Shown in pieces: positions 26,040 to 39,730 of a stretch of DNA of 64,000 bases (its first letter is position 1; each line of letters opens with the position of its first letter). Position numbers and translations under genes: made by a program. This DNA comes from Rhina ancylostomus (taxonomy: Eukaryota). The notes under the pieces are model-generated. The model searched no databases, was not told where the DNA came from, and saw only the letters and a list, made by a program, of their open reading frames with translations. Location of the stretch: positions 16,081,194 to 16,145,193 of the forward strand of contig JARFYF010000053.1 in assembly GCA_030265395.1 (NCBI GenBank). Reading direction: 5' to 3'.

Positions 26040-26340
26040 TTGAGTAGTATGTTACACTGATAGCTGTGTGTGCTCAAAACTGCATAATAGAGAATGAGGT
26101 GTGTAAACATTAGTGTTACACAGTCATGTGCCTACTCAACAGTGTGTTACACAAAGAGCAGGTCATTCTTGACAGTGCGTTACACAGAGGGGTCCCATTA
26201 TTCAGAGAATTTATGTGTACTCAACAGTGTGTAACCTGGAGATCTGTGTGTACTTAACATTTTGTTATGGAGTGAGCGCTGTGTGTACTGAATATTATGC
26301 TACACAAAGGGCTGTGTGTACTTAACAGTATGTTACCAGG
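26040..26340 (+). repeat. Degenerate ~33-bp minisatellite
   Basis: About 9 copies of ctgtgtgtactcaacagtgtgttacacag-like units. Confidence 0.75.
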
Positions 26341-29300
26341 TAAACTGCTTGTTTGGTCCATAAATCTCCCCATTGTAGCCCAGTGGGATTAGTTTGGGAT
26401 TGCTGTAAAGAAGAACCAAACGCAATTGGGTGAATGGCTTGTTGGTGTGCTATGATATTGAATGCAGCTTCTGCCAGCTCAAATCAGTGACATCAGGGAG
26501 CAGGGTGAAAATTGAAAATACATGATACTGATCAATTTAATCAGCTGTATTTTTGAGTTGTATGAATCTGTGAACAAATGCTACATGTAAATCATTTTAT
26601 TAATATCCAAGAAGCATGCACTATTGATAGCTGGGCACTTCAGAATACCTTTAAATTTAACCATGGACAACTTTAATTTGATAGCAGGCAGACTTTGGCA
26701 TTTTAGGGCTGCATGCTGCATGCTTCCACATTGCCCTTTCATCCCAAGGAGGCAGTCGATAATATAACCAGGCTGATGGAATGAAAAGCTCTATCACTCA
26801 TTGCCTTGGGCAAAAGTAACAATCTCAACACAATCTCCTAGTTAAGTAAGAGCATAGACATAACGTATACATACATTGCAATAGATTATAATTCAGGCAC
26901 TTGAGTGTAACAATCATTATGGCTGTGCCTTTGACTAAATACCCAATGCATTTCAATGCACTGTTGTCCATTTAGGCATTAACAGCAATGATTATTCTCT
27001 TCATTTGGCAGTGACTGGTCCAAGGATTGATATAGGAAGTAAAAATAGTAGCATGGGATATAGTAGACTGTATAGTAGACTGGTTGGAGGTTGTACTGAC
27101 ACTGGAGGAGAAGCAAATTTGCATTGCATTAACCTTGACCTACATTACATGGAATCTGCAATACTGAAGCAGACCATTCAGCCCAGTTGGTCCATTGCGA
27201 ACAATTATCCTCTACACAATATAACTCTAATTTTATTTTCTTCCACTCTATCACTATATTCTACTGTTTACAGGGAAATAGGGAGCAGATTTAAAAGAGC
27301 ACAGTCTTCCAAATATTGTATGTACCTTGAACTCCTGTATTCACAAGGTTTGCTCCTCCTGGGAATTTCTAAATATATTCAAAAATGTATATTTTTCTGA
27401 GTTTTAGAATCATGTTTTGTTTCACATTGCATGGAAACTTAATCTCACTCACTTGCAACCTGGCATTTGCAGCTGGAATCCTAATTCACTGTGGATGACC
27501 TGAGGGGAGGAAAACCCCTGATTCATTGTTGGGACAGCGGGTGGGCAGAATAAAAAGATCAGCCCATTCTCTTGAGGAAGGTCGCTATAGCAACTTGACT
27601 CAGACACGCAGGGCAAGGGGCAGGTGCACACCTTGCCAATATGAAGAGGAGTTTAACACTCCAGAGACATAGCATTGCTTTTACCATTCAGTGCATCTGA
27701 CTACTTGGCCTCCTATGAATTTATTCACCACTGCTGGTGCCTGCAAGCACTTAGTATCACTATGAACCCAAACAGAGTGAAAGGAATATCATCCAGGGAT
27801 CATTAACAATAATCTGTCTGAACTGTGACTTAAATCCCTGCTGTCTTAATGGAGTGTGCATGTTCTTTTACATTTCCAGACTCTGCAATAAAATAAAATG
27901 CCTTTTAAAATTCTGTGAAAGAAAATGAAAGAGAAAGAATGGCAGGTAGGATTGCCACTGTGAATAAATGTGCTTGCAAATTTGACTGAACACCGTTCCT
28001 CTTCAGGGGTTTCACTTCTGGTGGTTCCTTAATGGTGGGCAGGAAGAGGAGAATGTAGATCACACAAGTAACTCTGGCCAAAACAGTGAACTGTTCCACA
28101 ATCGGGAGGCAGCCATGGCCCCAGTTCTTGGTCCTTTTATTCTGTAAAAGCAAGGAAACAAAGAGGGGGAAGAATCTGCAAGTACTCTGCCCCAGAACAA
28201 CAACTTCTGACATAGCAAACACATGGCAAATGTGAAATTTTAACCAAATGAAAATTGCTCCTTTTCTGCAATAATTTCTTTCAGGTAATTGTGGAGCATG
28301 TTACACCTGAACAAATGAAACAAGAATGCCACACATCAGCAGGCACTCTACACAACTTTTTAGAGAAAGGGCTTGAGGTGAAAGTGAGACCATCCGTTTC
28401 TCTTTTAATGAATTGGAAATGAATAAACATCCTCTCAAATTAGGCTTCTGCCCAGAGTACATCCCCCCCTCTCTCTCTCCAGTCGATTGTCAATTGTACT
28501 TTTCCCATTCTCTTCTTCCTCTCTTATACTGTTTCCTTGTCCCCCAACCTTCCTTCAATTCTCCATGCTTATTTAAGGAAGTGGGAAGCTTGACCCAGTG
28601 ATTTGGCCCAATACTTATTCCTGAACCCACTTCATGAAACAGATTATCTGATTGTTATTTAATTAGTCTTTATGTGATATTGTGCTCAAACTGGCTGCCC
28701 TGTTTTGTACATTGCATGTGTGAATATAGTTCAGAAGTGTGCAATTAGCTTTACAGTGTTTGGATTATTCTGAGATTTGGAATAGCAGTTTGCTCACACT
28801 CAAGTTGATTGGCACATAATTAAATGTCACATGATCATTCTTCCAGGAATGGTTCCAACAAGAGTTGGTAACCACTGGTTAAACTTTGACTTGTCAAAGA
28901 AACAAAAACTAATTTAATGCATACTTGTTTATTATTATTTTGATTTCCTGCTGTATGGATTAAGGTTGTAAATTGTATAATGAAATGAATAGTCTGGTCT
29001 TTTGTTTATCAGTGACCACCTGTCTTCGTCTATCTTCACACACCTATCTCACCGGAAGATGGAGGACAAAAGACCCAACAATCTATTCATCGTACAGAGG
29101 CGCATAATATCGGATCAACTGAGTGAAGTGTTCAGTTCCAAGCCTATATTTTGTTTGACACTTTAACAATGATTAAATTGTGCTATTAATTTAGGAGGTG
29201 CATGTCTTAATAAACAGGAACTCCTCGCAGAGTAAGACAATTAGATCTTCATTAAGTATATTAGCAATACTCATTATTTATGGGTCCGTTGGTGATCTAA

Positions 29301-30369
29301 AGGACGTTACCAATGGAAATTTTTACTTGTGTTCCGATCGAGACATTGAATGGGTGGTCTATTGCTCAGAGACTATAACACCAAGCAGGCTTTACACTCA
29401 AATGTTATTTCCCAGGAGTGATTTTGAAGGTGAAATTTTGCCATTGTTCCTCTTCTTCATTGGAAAATGGCATTTCATTTCAAGATATCACCCCAAACAC
29501 TGGCATTTCTGTTACAGCAGCGCAATTGTAGGTGCCAGCCTCTGTCATGTATTAGAGTGGGACATAATCCTAAAACCTCTGACTTGGAAACAAAAATCCT
29601 ACCAGAAAGGGCTAAGGTCACTTGCAGTTTATTGAACTCAATATTTTTCCAAAAAAATTGACCTTAAGGTAGTTCCAAGACCTATCCCGTAGGATATTGT
29701 CATTCTGAAAAAGACCCAGGCAAAAATACATTAGGCAATAGAGGTTTTAAAGGTTGGGTTTAAAGGATTATAGATTAAAAAAGAAAGGGGAGACTGAGGA
29801 AGGTGAGGAGTTTAGGAAAAGACAAATTAATTGGCAACATACAGGGAGCAGTAAGCAGGTGGTGCACAATATATCATGAAACAGACTCAGTGCAAGTTGC
29901 CTCTGCTCTTGCCCATAGACCTTAAACGAACATATCAATTCTTTGTGTGAATGGCCCATGGCTGTTCTCGGGCCCTGCATCTGGTTAGGGAAAGATCATA
30001 GAATGGGATAGTCAATGAGATGTGAAATGGAGACTATCACTAAACAAGTGAATTGTGCCAAGCAAATCTTAGGGCACAATTAGTATCGAGACTCTGATAA
30101 ATGTAATGGATTGTAACAGTGCCTTTAAGCAATTTGTCATATTGGAATAGTTGTCAAGTTTTGATGCAGGTTAAAATTCAGTCATGTTGTCCAAACCCAT
30201 CACCATCTGCTATTGCAAAGAGAGAAACCAAAATCTATTCTCAAGGCTTGGGGATGTAAACAGCTGTAGGCACCAGAAGTGACAAAGCGGGAGATTATAC
30301 TGGTGAAACTGAGGCCCAGAATCTAATAATATGCCTTGTAAAAAGGTCAGCAGGAGCAAATTAAAAAAA

Positions 30370-31150
30370 GCTTGAAATTCTTATCAGGTTAGATGGCATC
30401 TGTGGAGAGAAAAAAAACTGAATTAATATGCAAGTGCAAACCAAAAACAAAACTGCAATTGCTGGAAATCTAAAATAAATTCAGAAAATGCTGGAAATAT
30501 TAAATGGTCAGGCTGCATCTGTGGGAAGAGAAACAGTTAACGCTTTCAGGTCAAAGACAGCTTTAATTCTCCATCCCACTCCCACTCTGTCATATTGGTC
30601 AGTGGCCTTCTGTACTGTTACAGCGAGGCCCAAGGCAAGCTTGAGGAACAGCACCTCACCTTCTCCCTCTGCACTTTGCAGCCTTCTGGACTCAGTATTG
30701 AATTCTATAACTTAAGGTAACGTGACTTCTCTGTATCGGTCATTCACCTCTGACCTTAGCTTATTGTTTTATTTTCACCCTGTTTTTCCTCGATGTAGAG
30801 GATGAGACTGGGTTGTTGGGCATGTTTTCCTGCTCTGCGTTTTGCACCCCCACATTTTTTTGTCTATTCTCTTGTCTATGCTCTCAATCTCTAACTGTTC
30901 CCATTCATTCACTGACCAGATAACCTTGTTTACAGCTTATCCCATGGTATCTCTGAGATTACCCGATCAGAAAGATTCCTCTTCCCCCACCCTTCCTGCA
31001 GTTTAACAAACTTCTTTAATCTCCTTCCCAATTCTGACCTGAAAGGTTCACTCTGCTTCTCTTTCCACAGATGCAGTCTAAGGGCTGCTGAATATTTACA
31101 GCATTTTCTGCATTAACATTACAGGTTGATGACCTTTCATCAGAACTGTC
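30370..31150 (+). mobile_element. Penelope-like element 3' end with inverted pseudo-LTR arms
   Basis: 30562-30710 translates FNSPSHSHS..LVSGLLYCYSEAQGKLEEQHLTFSLCTLQPSGLSIEFYN (C-terminus of a Penelope GIY-YIG endonuclease). Flanked by inverted gcatctgtgg / ccacagatgc arms. Confidence 0.8.
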
Positions 31151-32040
31151 CAGTTCTGCCACAAGCTGGGAAGGCTGTCTGTCTGAAGTTGTTGAATTCA
31201 ATGTTGAATCCTGAGAACTGTTTCATACATAATCAGAAGATGAGATGCCCGCTGTTCAATCTTAATTTGAAAAAGTGCAAGTAAAATGCTACTTCATTTG
31301 GAAGGAGCTTTTTTGGGTCATTGGATGGAGGGAAAGGAAGAGGTGAATGGGGTTAAATATTGAATTTCCTGTATTTGCATGGGAAAGTGGCATGCATTCT
31401 TTGCTGAATCTCAACGAATATAATGTGCCTAGTCAGAAGAAAAGTTGTTGCTTGAGATTATCTTGGTCTTCATTCGAATAGTACAAGAGGGCAAGGATAG
31501 AGAAGACTGAATGGGATGAACAATTAAAGTAACAGATGACTTGAAAGTCAGGGGCACTCTTGTGGACTGAATGGAGGTGATCTGCATTCAGTTTTTCCAA
31601 TGTGGAGGAGATCACATCGTGAGCACCAAATGCATACACAAAATTGGAAGAAGTGGAAGAAAATCACTACTTCACCTGGGAGGAGTGCTTGAGCCCTTGG
31701 ATGGTAAGAAGCAAAGAGGCAAAAGGATAAATGCTGCATTTCCTCTGGTTGTATGAAAACGTAAATGGGCATTGGTGGAGATGGAGGAGTGAAGCAGAGA
31801 GACATGGAGATAACAGCCCCTTATGAAGGCTGAAGTGGAAGGAGAACAGATGTGTCTGATAGTGCATCTCGTTATAGGTTGTGCAAATTATGGAGGATGA
31901 TCCTTTGAATGTGGAGGAAGGAGGCATGGAAGATGAGGACAAGGAGAACCTTATCTTTGCTCTGGTTGGGAGGAGAGGGAATGGGAGTGGAGATTTAGGA
32001 AATAGACAGATCTGCATTAGAGCCCTGTCAACCATGACAG
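31150..32040 (-). mobile_element. Decayed Penelope-like element (GIY-YIG region)
   Basis: Minus-strand CVCIWCSRCDLLHIGKT (VYCI.C..C...YIG.T motif) and HLHSV...PDFQVICYFN remnants. Confidence 0.75.
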
Positions 32041-32596
32041 AGATTAAGAAATGGATTACAATTAAGGGAAAACACTTGAACATCAACTCATTGCAACAGG
32101 AAATTATAGGTGAGAAACTGATGACAATTTTAGATTCAAATTCTGTGCTTCAATTCAGTATTCAAGAAGAAATTTCATTGTAGTTTTCTTTCTTTACCCA
32201 CTTGCCGTTACAGGAAGACAGATTCACAATCATCCTGCCTTGTTTCTATTATTAACAATAACATCGGAAATAATGTGCTGTTTTATTAAGTGGAGCTATA
32301 GGTCTGAACTATTAATGAGCATCTCATTTAATAAATTAAACTTGCTCTAAATTAGTTTCTTCTATCTTCAGTTTCATTCGCCATAAGTTTCTCGTGTTCT
32401 TTTATTCCAGCCCTTAACATTTTTCTTTAACATTCTTCCTCTATTACTAATTGTCACCTTTTCTCCATTTCTATTTTCAATTCATTCTCAGTCTTAGTTT
32501 CTCAATCTCAGTTTCTCTTCTGTCTTTTCCTGCATATATTACTCTTTGTAATTCTGTTGCTCTGTATTTTTCTCTTCCTCCTTTTTCTTACTTTGT

Positions 32597-33515
32597 CTCG
32601 CTGACAATTAACGCAGGTGCACCTCAAGGATGCATGCTTAGCCCACTGCTCTACTCTCTCTACGCTCATGAATGAGTGGCTGGACATNNNNNNNNNNNNN
32701 NNNNNNNNNNNNNNNNNNNNNNNNNNNNNNNNNNNNNNNNNNNNNNNNNNNNNNNNNNNNNNNNNNNNNNNNNNNNNNNNNNNNNNNNNNNNNNNNNNNN
32801 NNNNNNNNNNNNNNNNNNNNNNNNNNNNNNNNNNNNNNNNNNNNNNNNNNNNNNNNNNNNNNNNNNNNNNNNNNNNNNNNNNNNNNNNNNNNNNNNNNNN
32901 NNNNNNNNNNNNNNNNNNNNNNNNNNNNNNNNNNNNNNNNNNNNNNNNNNNNNNNNNNNNNNNNNNNNNNNNNNNNNNNNNNNNNNNNNNNNNNNNNNNN
33001 NNNNNNNNNNNNNNNNNNNNNNNNNNNNNNNNNNNNNNNNNNNNNNNNNNNNNNNNNNNNNNNNNNNNNNNNNNNNNNNNNNNNNNNNNNNNNNNNNNNN
33101 NNNNNNNNNNNNNNNNNNNNNNNNNAATGTGCAGGATCAAAAGAGGCTGCCAAGAGCCGTAGACTCAGCAAGCTCCATCATGGGCCAAACCCTCCCCGCC
33201 ATTGAGAACATTTTCAAGAGACGGTGCTTCAAGAAGGTGGCATTCATCATTCATCACCCTCACCACCTGGGACATGCTCTTTTCATATTATTACCATTGG
33301 GTACAGGAGCCTGAAGACCTACACTCAGTGCTTCCAGGACAGCTTCTTCCCCTGTGCCATCACATACCTGGTCCATGAACACTATCTTGTTATTCCTCTG
33401 CACTATTTAGTTTTGTAACTTTTAGTAATTTTTATGTCTTTGTCTTGTACTGTACTGCTGCCACAAAACCAACACATTTCATGACATATGGCAGTGATAA
33501 TAAATCTGATTCTGA
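32597..33515 (+). mobile_element. Rex1/Babar-type LINE, 5'-truncated, with an assembly gap
   Basis: RT motif SLTINAGAPQGCMLSPLLYSLY. 3' tail gataataaatctgattctga. Confidence 0.85.
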
Positions 33516-33519
33516 CTTT

Positions 33520-33645
33520 GTTTGTCTCTTTATTTCCCTTTCTCTACCTCCCCCTCTTTTTATCCCTCTGTCCTTGTGTCTCTCTCCCCCCTCGCACTGT
33601 TTGTCTCTCTCTCTCTCCCTTTCTTTCTCCCTCCTCCTCTCTCTC
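33520..33645. repeat. CT-rich low-complexity tract
   Basis: Nearly pure pyrimidine run with (CT)n segments. Confidence 0.85.
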
Positions 33646-35844
33646 AACCAATGCTACCTTCGCAAATTCCTCCAAATCCTCATTGGGAGCATAGGTGAAC
33701 AAATGTCAGTGCCCTCTCCCAGGCCAGCATTCCTATCATTAAGGCTCTGCTCCTGATTAATCAGTGGTCCACATTGTCCATGTGCCTCATACCATACTTC
33801 TGAACTAAGTACTCTATCCACACCAAAGATATCTCAAAAGTCTTCTTGAAAAAAATGTGATGTCCTCACTGTTCTTCAGGTCCATGACTGCAGAATATGG
33901 AGAAGGAGCATCTGGGAAGGCATTCAGCACCTTGAGTCTCCACGACGGGAACACACGGATACTATGTGCATATAGAAGAAGGTGTGCAATATTCCAAACA
34001 ACCCATCCGCCAGCTTCATCAAGTAGTACCTGTCTTACCCAGAGAAGAGTCTGCAGATCCCAGTTAGAACTCTTCATCTATCTCAGAACCCACAGAATAA
34101 CCCTTGACCCTGCAGGACTACTTGTGAAGAAGCAGACTAAAATAAATATATTAAGTAAAAAGATCAGACAAATTGCAAGACATTTGCCTGTGTTTACTTT
34201 CATTGTTCTGTTGCCTATTCTCCTTACGCTGTGCTCTTTTGTTTAAAAGAAGTATTGCATTAAAGAAACATTTCCAGGACATTCCAAGAGCTCAATAGAA
34301 AATTAAATACTTTAAAAACACTGATATTTACCACAATCTTGATTTTACCTTTCACTTTATGCAATGCTGCTGTCTTGCAGTGGGAGGTAGAAGCATTTAT
34401 AGGAATGTTGACATTTAACTTTGTTCCTTTGTATTACAGCTTGAAAAGCTGAATATTGATTGGATCATATATATTAAACTCCTTGCAAGCTTCAAATGTG
34501 TATTCAGCATGAAACCTCAGAGCTTCTGCTGTCAAGTATCTTGACCTAAGCCCTGACAAGATGTTTTATTGGCATCTTAGGTCTTTTCTTGCTCTAGTAA
34601 CTGTCAGTCTGTCAAACTAATTAGATGGTGAACATTTATAGAAAGTTGTTTGATGATCTATATCTGAAAATGAGTTAATTATCACAACAAGTTGGAAGCA
34701 GAAAGCACAAGTTAGTCTGTCTGCTCTATGGAGTTTGTAAGCGCTCAAGCCAGTGTGTAAAATTGGTTTTACATATCAATACAGGATACACCATTTCAGT
34801 GATTCACATATAAATTTTGCAACTATTTAAATCTGTGACCTTAAATCAGATAATTTGTATAAAACATTGATGCCATTGTTACTGTTTGCCATTGACATTG
34901 CTGTATGCAAGGACTTGATATATGTTTAGTAATAGTTCATAATTGATTAAGTTATTATAACCTGTTCATTACCTCTTGTCTTCTGCATCATTTTATTTTA
35001 CTGAATTTCACCAAAACACTTTCCACTTTCGTAAAAGCAAATTTCACCAGTAAAACTCTGGAAGCCCAGGAGCTGAACTGTGGCTTCCAGCTCAGAACAG
35101 GAGGTGGAGGAGACCAGTAAAGATTCCACATCCAACCCATCACAAGCCTGAAGATCATGCAAGAGAAGAGCCTGGAGGTAGGGCTCCCCAGCCCTGCTAG
35201 GAGGAGTGTTTGGATGAAAAGGAGGAAAAGTGGGTTAAAATGTATCCCCCAACTATTTTACTGCTGAGCACACAGGGGATGGTCTGTGGAGAATGCCGAT
35301 GGAAGAGTTGAGATAATATTTTAAAATTAAATTATTTGCTGTCACTGGTTTCATTCAATATTTTTTTATTTGAAACATAAATCCCCAAAAAATCCTTGCA
35401 AATTTGTGTAAAAACAAAAATCAAAAATGTGGGACTCTAATCATCTCTGAGTGTAATTGATTGCAAATTTTGACCTTTGAGCTACTATCTTTAACATTGA
35501 TAAATGAATGAGAAACAATAAATAAATGAATGGTAAAGAATGTATCTGTACTTCCAAGCAATTAGTTTTGGCCATGCTTTTGTTTACAAATTGGAGTCCT
35601 TTAATGCCATAATGCAACAATAGCATTGAATTTATCTAATTAAAGCAATTCATTTTTACACAGAGGTAAGAACATATAATGATAATCAAGAATATGTTGC
35701 TACAGATTCATTACAGCTTTTAAACCTTTGGTTTTTCTATAAGGGTCTTAAGATAAGAATTTGCAGGATTTATTTAAATTAGTTTGTATTGTTAGATCTT
35801 TGATTTGGAGAATAATCTGGAAAAGGTAAATTAGGCATCCTGGA

Positions 35845-36065
35845 AGGGAATCAAAGACTCTTATGAAGTCCCTCAGGATTGAGAATGATGTGCTTCCACT
35901 CTGGTTTTGTGGGTTCTGAGGTGGTAAGGAGGCTAATGTGAGTATTTCAAACCCTTCCACAGATGCAGCTGACAGGGCAGGTGGCTGGGTAGTTTGTGAA
36001 GAGTCATGCAGGGCTTCTGTGTGCTCCTGATGCACAACATGAAGATTCTGAATACTATCCTGCAT
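35845..36065 (-). mobile_element. RTE-like LINE 3' fragment
   Basis: ctctggttttgtgggttctgaggtg...cttccacagatg...gggtagtttgtga resembles a recalled RTE 3' region. Confidence 0.45.
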
Positions 36066-36069
36066 GTAC

Positions 36070-36420
36070 AGTAATCTAATTGTTAAATTATTGAACTAGC
36101 AGCTAGAGTTCAAGACCATTGATCCTTAGTCACAAGTTTGAATCCCACCATGGCAACTGGTTATTTAATTTTAAAAATTTAAATTAAAAAAGGCTAATCT
36201 CAGTTATAATAACCACAGATCTACTGGGTTGTTAAAAAGCCCAGTCAATTCACTAATGATCTTCAGGGAAGAAAATCTTCCATTCTTACCCAGTCTGTGA
36301 GTGATTGCACACCCACCAATGCAGTGACACTTAACTGCTTGCTGAGTTTAGGGGTAATTAGGGTTGCACAATAAATGCCAGCATTGCTAATGGTGTCCAC
36401 ATCACTTGACTGAATATATA
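36070..36420 (+). mobile_element. tRNA-derived SINE with LINE-like tail
   Basis: B-box-like agtttgaatccc near 36135. Tail caataaatgccagcattgctaatggtgtccacatc. Confidence 0.6.
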
Positions 36421-38255
36421 GAAACAAAATCACAGAAACTTATCAAGGTTCATAGCTGACCCAACAGTTATCACAAATATGATCAGCATTCTTGTTGATG
36501 ACTTTTATGGGAAATAAATTGCTTATTTGTTGGTAATGTGAAATCTGTGTCAGGAGATTAACATCCAAGCCTGCCTGCAGGGCTTGAGTAAATAATTTAA
36601 GGGAATGCTTCAGTCCAGTGCCTTGAATGAACTGATGAAAAGACATTGCTGATTGAGTACATTGTTGGAGGCAGTATTTTTCAGTTGCAATGTTACATCA
36701 AGTAATAGAAGGGTTCAATCAGACCAATTCAGAAGGAATTTTGCCATAGGGACCAAACTTAGACAAACTGGTGATTTCTTTTGTTTATTGCTTGTGCAAT
36801 CTTTCAGTTTGCAAAATGGCTGCGGTATTGACCTACAGAGCAGTNNNNNNNNNNNNNNNNNNNNNNNNNNNNNNNNNNNNNNNNNNNNNNNNNNNNNNNN
36901 NNNNNNNNNNNNNNNNNNNNNNNNNNNNNNNNNNNNNNNNNNNNAAAATGGCTGCGGTATTGACCTACAGAGCAGTAACTACACTTAAGGAAAGCTTTGC
37001 TGATTATAAAGTAGTGAGATTGTTGGGGCATGAGGAGGGACTTTTTCTTTGCATCCAATTCATGCTGTACCTGCTGTGGAGTCTTAGTTAGGACAGTGTA
37101 GAGGGAGCTTTGCTCTACCTAAGACCTCTGCTATATATAGATGGGCAAGTTGAGGAGGGCAATAGGAACAGGGCATGGGAGCCAAAATAAACCACATTTG
37201 TGTCTAATAATAAAGTATGCTTCATTGGCGTCTAAGTCTCTAGTCCTGCAAATGTTTCTTGTTGATAATAAGAAACAAAATGTCCTCCATCTGGCACTGT
37301 TAAGATCTTTTCCCAAACTGTGTTCAGAATTAACACATATGCTAAGAATAATTGTTATGTTTTGATCACTAGGGCTATTTACCCAACAAGCTCTTGAACA
37401 TTAAAGATTTCTCTGAGAAAATTCACAATTCATGTTTCACTTCCATTGAATGCTGCACAGTGATTGGATTTCCTGGAAGTGTGACTGATTGTTGTTACAC
37501 ATTATACTTTCCTGGCATCAATAAGAATTGTGACTGTATATTTGCACAAATTACACCAATTCTGCACTACAGGAAGTACAACTGTGTGCAATTGCGTATT
37601 TATCAACCCCGTACTCTTAGGAATTTAAAAATCTTCAGCTCCAAGTACCTTGTTTGACAGCTTTGCCCAATTAATAACAATTCTCTGTTGTGAGCTTTAG
37701 TTCAGGCTGTAAAAGTAATGAAATGCTTTGATTGAACTGTTGAAAAGAAATCACTGATTGAGTCTTCTCACATGACAATCTCCAGAATGTCTAGTAATGT
37801 GGAAATTACACCAGTGTAAACCCTACAGGGACATCTTGCTTTATCTAATTATTTCTAAGGGGCTATCTTGCTATATTTAAGGTGCTTTATAAATACAGGT
37901 TTTTGTTGTTTGTTCCAACATTTTGATGATAAAGAGACACATGTGAACAAAGCTTCTGAATACATTCAACCTACCTTACACACAGCCAGTCTAAATTCTA
38001 CCACATCAAAGACTCAACCCACCCATTTAATCTCAGATGTTTCATATGCATTATGCTTCATGTATATATACATGGATTTTCACATCCAACTAACCTTCTT
38101 AACTTCCAGCTAGTAAGCTATTCCCAGGTCCCTGATGTTCTGCATGTAAACCCTCCGAGCCCTTCAATTAGTTTCCAACCAGGGCACCATGGTGATTGTT
38201 TTAAAGCACTTGTACTGTTGACCTTTGCCTGATTTACTTTATTTTTATCTTGCAG

Positions 38256-39180
38256 TGTATTGCCTTTGTGTCCCTCTTTTTTATTCTGCTGTCGATCACT
38301 GCCTTCTGCCTTGAGACTCATGAGGCATTCAACAAGATTGTTAACTTAACAGAATACATAAAAGAGGGAAACAGCACACGGATGGTGAGAGTGTACGGTC
38401 TGGAAACTGAGCCAGCTCTCATGTACGTGGAAGGAGTGTGCGTTGTGTGGTTCACACTGGAGTTCCTTGTTCGCATTTCCTTCTGCCCTAATAAACTGCT
38501 CTTTGTCAAGAACATGCTGAACCTCATTGACTTTGTGGCCATTCTGCCCTTCTACTTAGAGTTGGCACTTCGTGGGTTGTCCTCCAAGGCAGCAAGGGAT
38601 GTTTTGGGCTTCCTCCGGGTTGTAAGGTTTGTCCGGATTCTGCGGATTTTCAAGCTGACCCGGCACTTTGTGGGACTGAGGGTACTGGGGCACACCCTGC
38701 GAGCCAGCACCAATGAATTCCTCCTGCTCATTATTTTTCTCGCCTTGGGAGTTCTCATCTTTGCCACAATGATCTACTATGCGGAGAGGATTGGTGAAAA
38801 CCCCAACAGTCTGAGTCCCACTCACTTCAAGAATATCCCCATTGGCTTCTGGTGGGCAGTGGTCACCATGACGACACTTGGCTATGGTGACATGTTCCCC
38901 CAGACATGGTCGGGCATGGTGGTTGGCGCACTGTGTGCCCTGGCTGGCGTTCTCACCATCGCAATGCCAGTGCCGGTCATTGTCAATAACTTTGGAATGT
39001 ATTACTCCCTGGCAATGGCTAAACAAAAGCTGCCCAAGAAACGCAGGAAGCACATACCCTGTGGGACACTTGCAAGGTCAATGGGGCATTGCAAGCCAGA
39101 TCCAAGCTCCCGGAGCAGCAGCATGCAGAGTGACAATGGCCCCACTGCTGCTGAGCAGATAGCAGAGAGAAGAAACTCAG
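38256..39180 (+). CDS. KCNC4: Kv3.4 coding exon 2: S1-S6, pore and proximal C-terminus
   Basis: Acceptor tttatcttgcAG|TGT. S4 [18 protein letters not shown], pore [10 protein letters not shown]6 [11 protein letters not shown], two S1-S2 N-glycosylation sequons (NLT, NST). Phase-1 donor CAG|GTAGGA at 39180/39181. Confidence 0.97.
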
Positions 39181-39199
39181 GTAGGACCTGAATCCTCAG

Positions 39200-39730
39200 A
39201 CTTTGTACATAAATAAGGAAAAAGGGTTGAGCAAATAAGAAAGTAATTTCATGGAAACACTTAAGAGTCAGAGGGAGGTTGAGAGGAAAACTGGCTTCTC
39301 CTGGTGGAGAGAGTCTAGAACAAGGGAGCGCAGCCTCAGAATAAAGGGGTTGACCACTTTGAGATTGAGGAGTCATTTCTTCTCTCAGAGGATTGTTAGT
39401 CTTTGAAACTTGCAGTATCAGAGCTGAGTCATTGTATATACATGACTGAGATAGAGATTTGGACTATAAAGCAACCTAAGTTCATGGGGATCAGGCCAGA
39501 AAGTGGATGACAAAATTTGGTTCAGCCATGATTTTGCAGAATGGAGGATCAGACTCATCACACGCATAGAGCCATAGATTTATACAGCACAGAAACAGGC
39601 CCTTTGGCTCAGCTGGTCCATGTCGACCACGATACCGATCCAAGCTGGTCCCATGTACCAGTGTTTGGCCCATAACCTTCTAAACCTTTCCGATCCATGT
39701 ACCTGTCCAACTGTCTTTTAAACGTTGTTN
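39200..39730. mobile_element. Two CR1 fragments (+ at ~39200-39560, - at ~39570-39730) directly after exon 2
   Basis: gagagtctagaacaagggag...ttctctcagagg (+). cagcacagaaacaggccctttggc...ctgtcttttaaacgttg (-). Confidence 0.75.

Noticed and set aside
29198-29635. 145-aa ORF in intron 1 (and similar 120-150 aa ORFs at 4884, 27005, 33857 and 55450)
   Set aside because: No recognisable motifs or coding-like composition. Some overlap decayed repeats.
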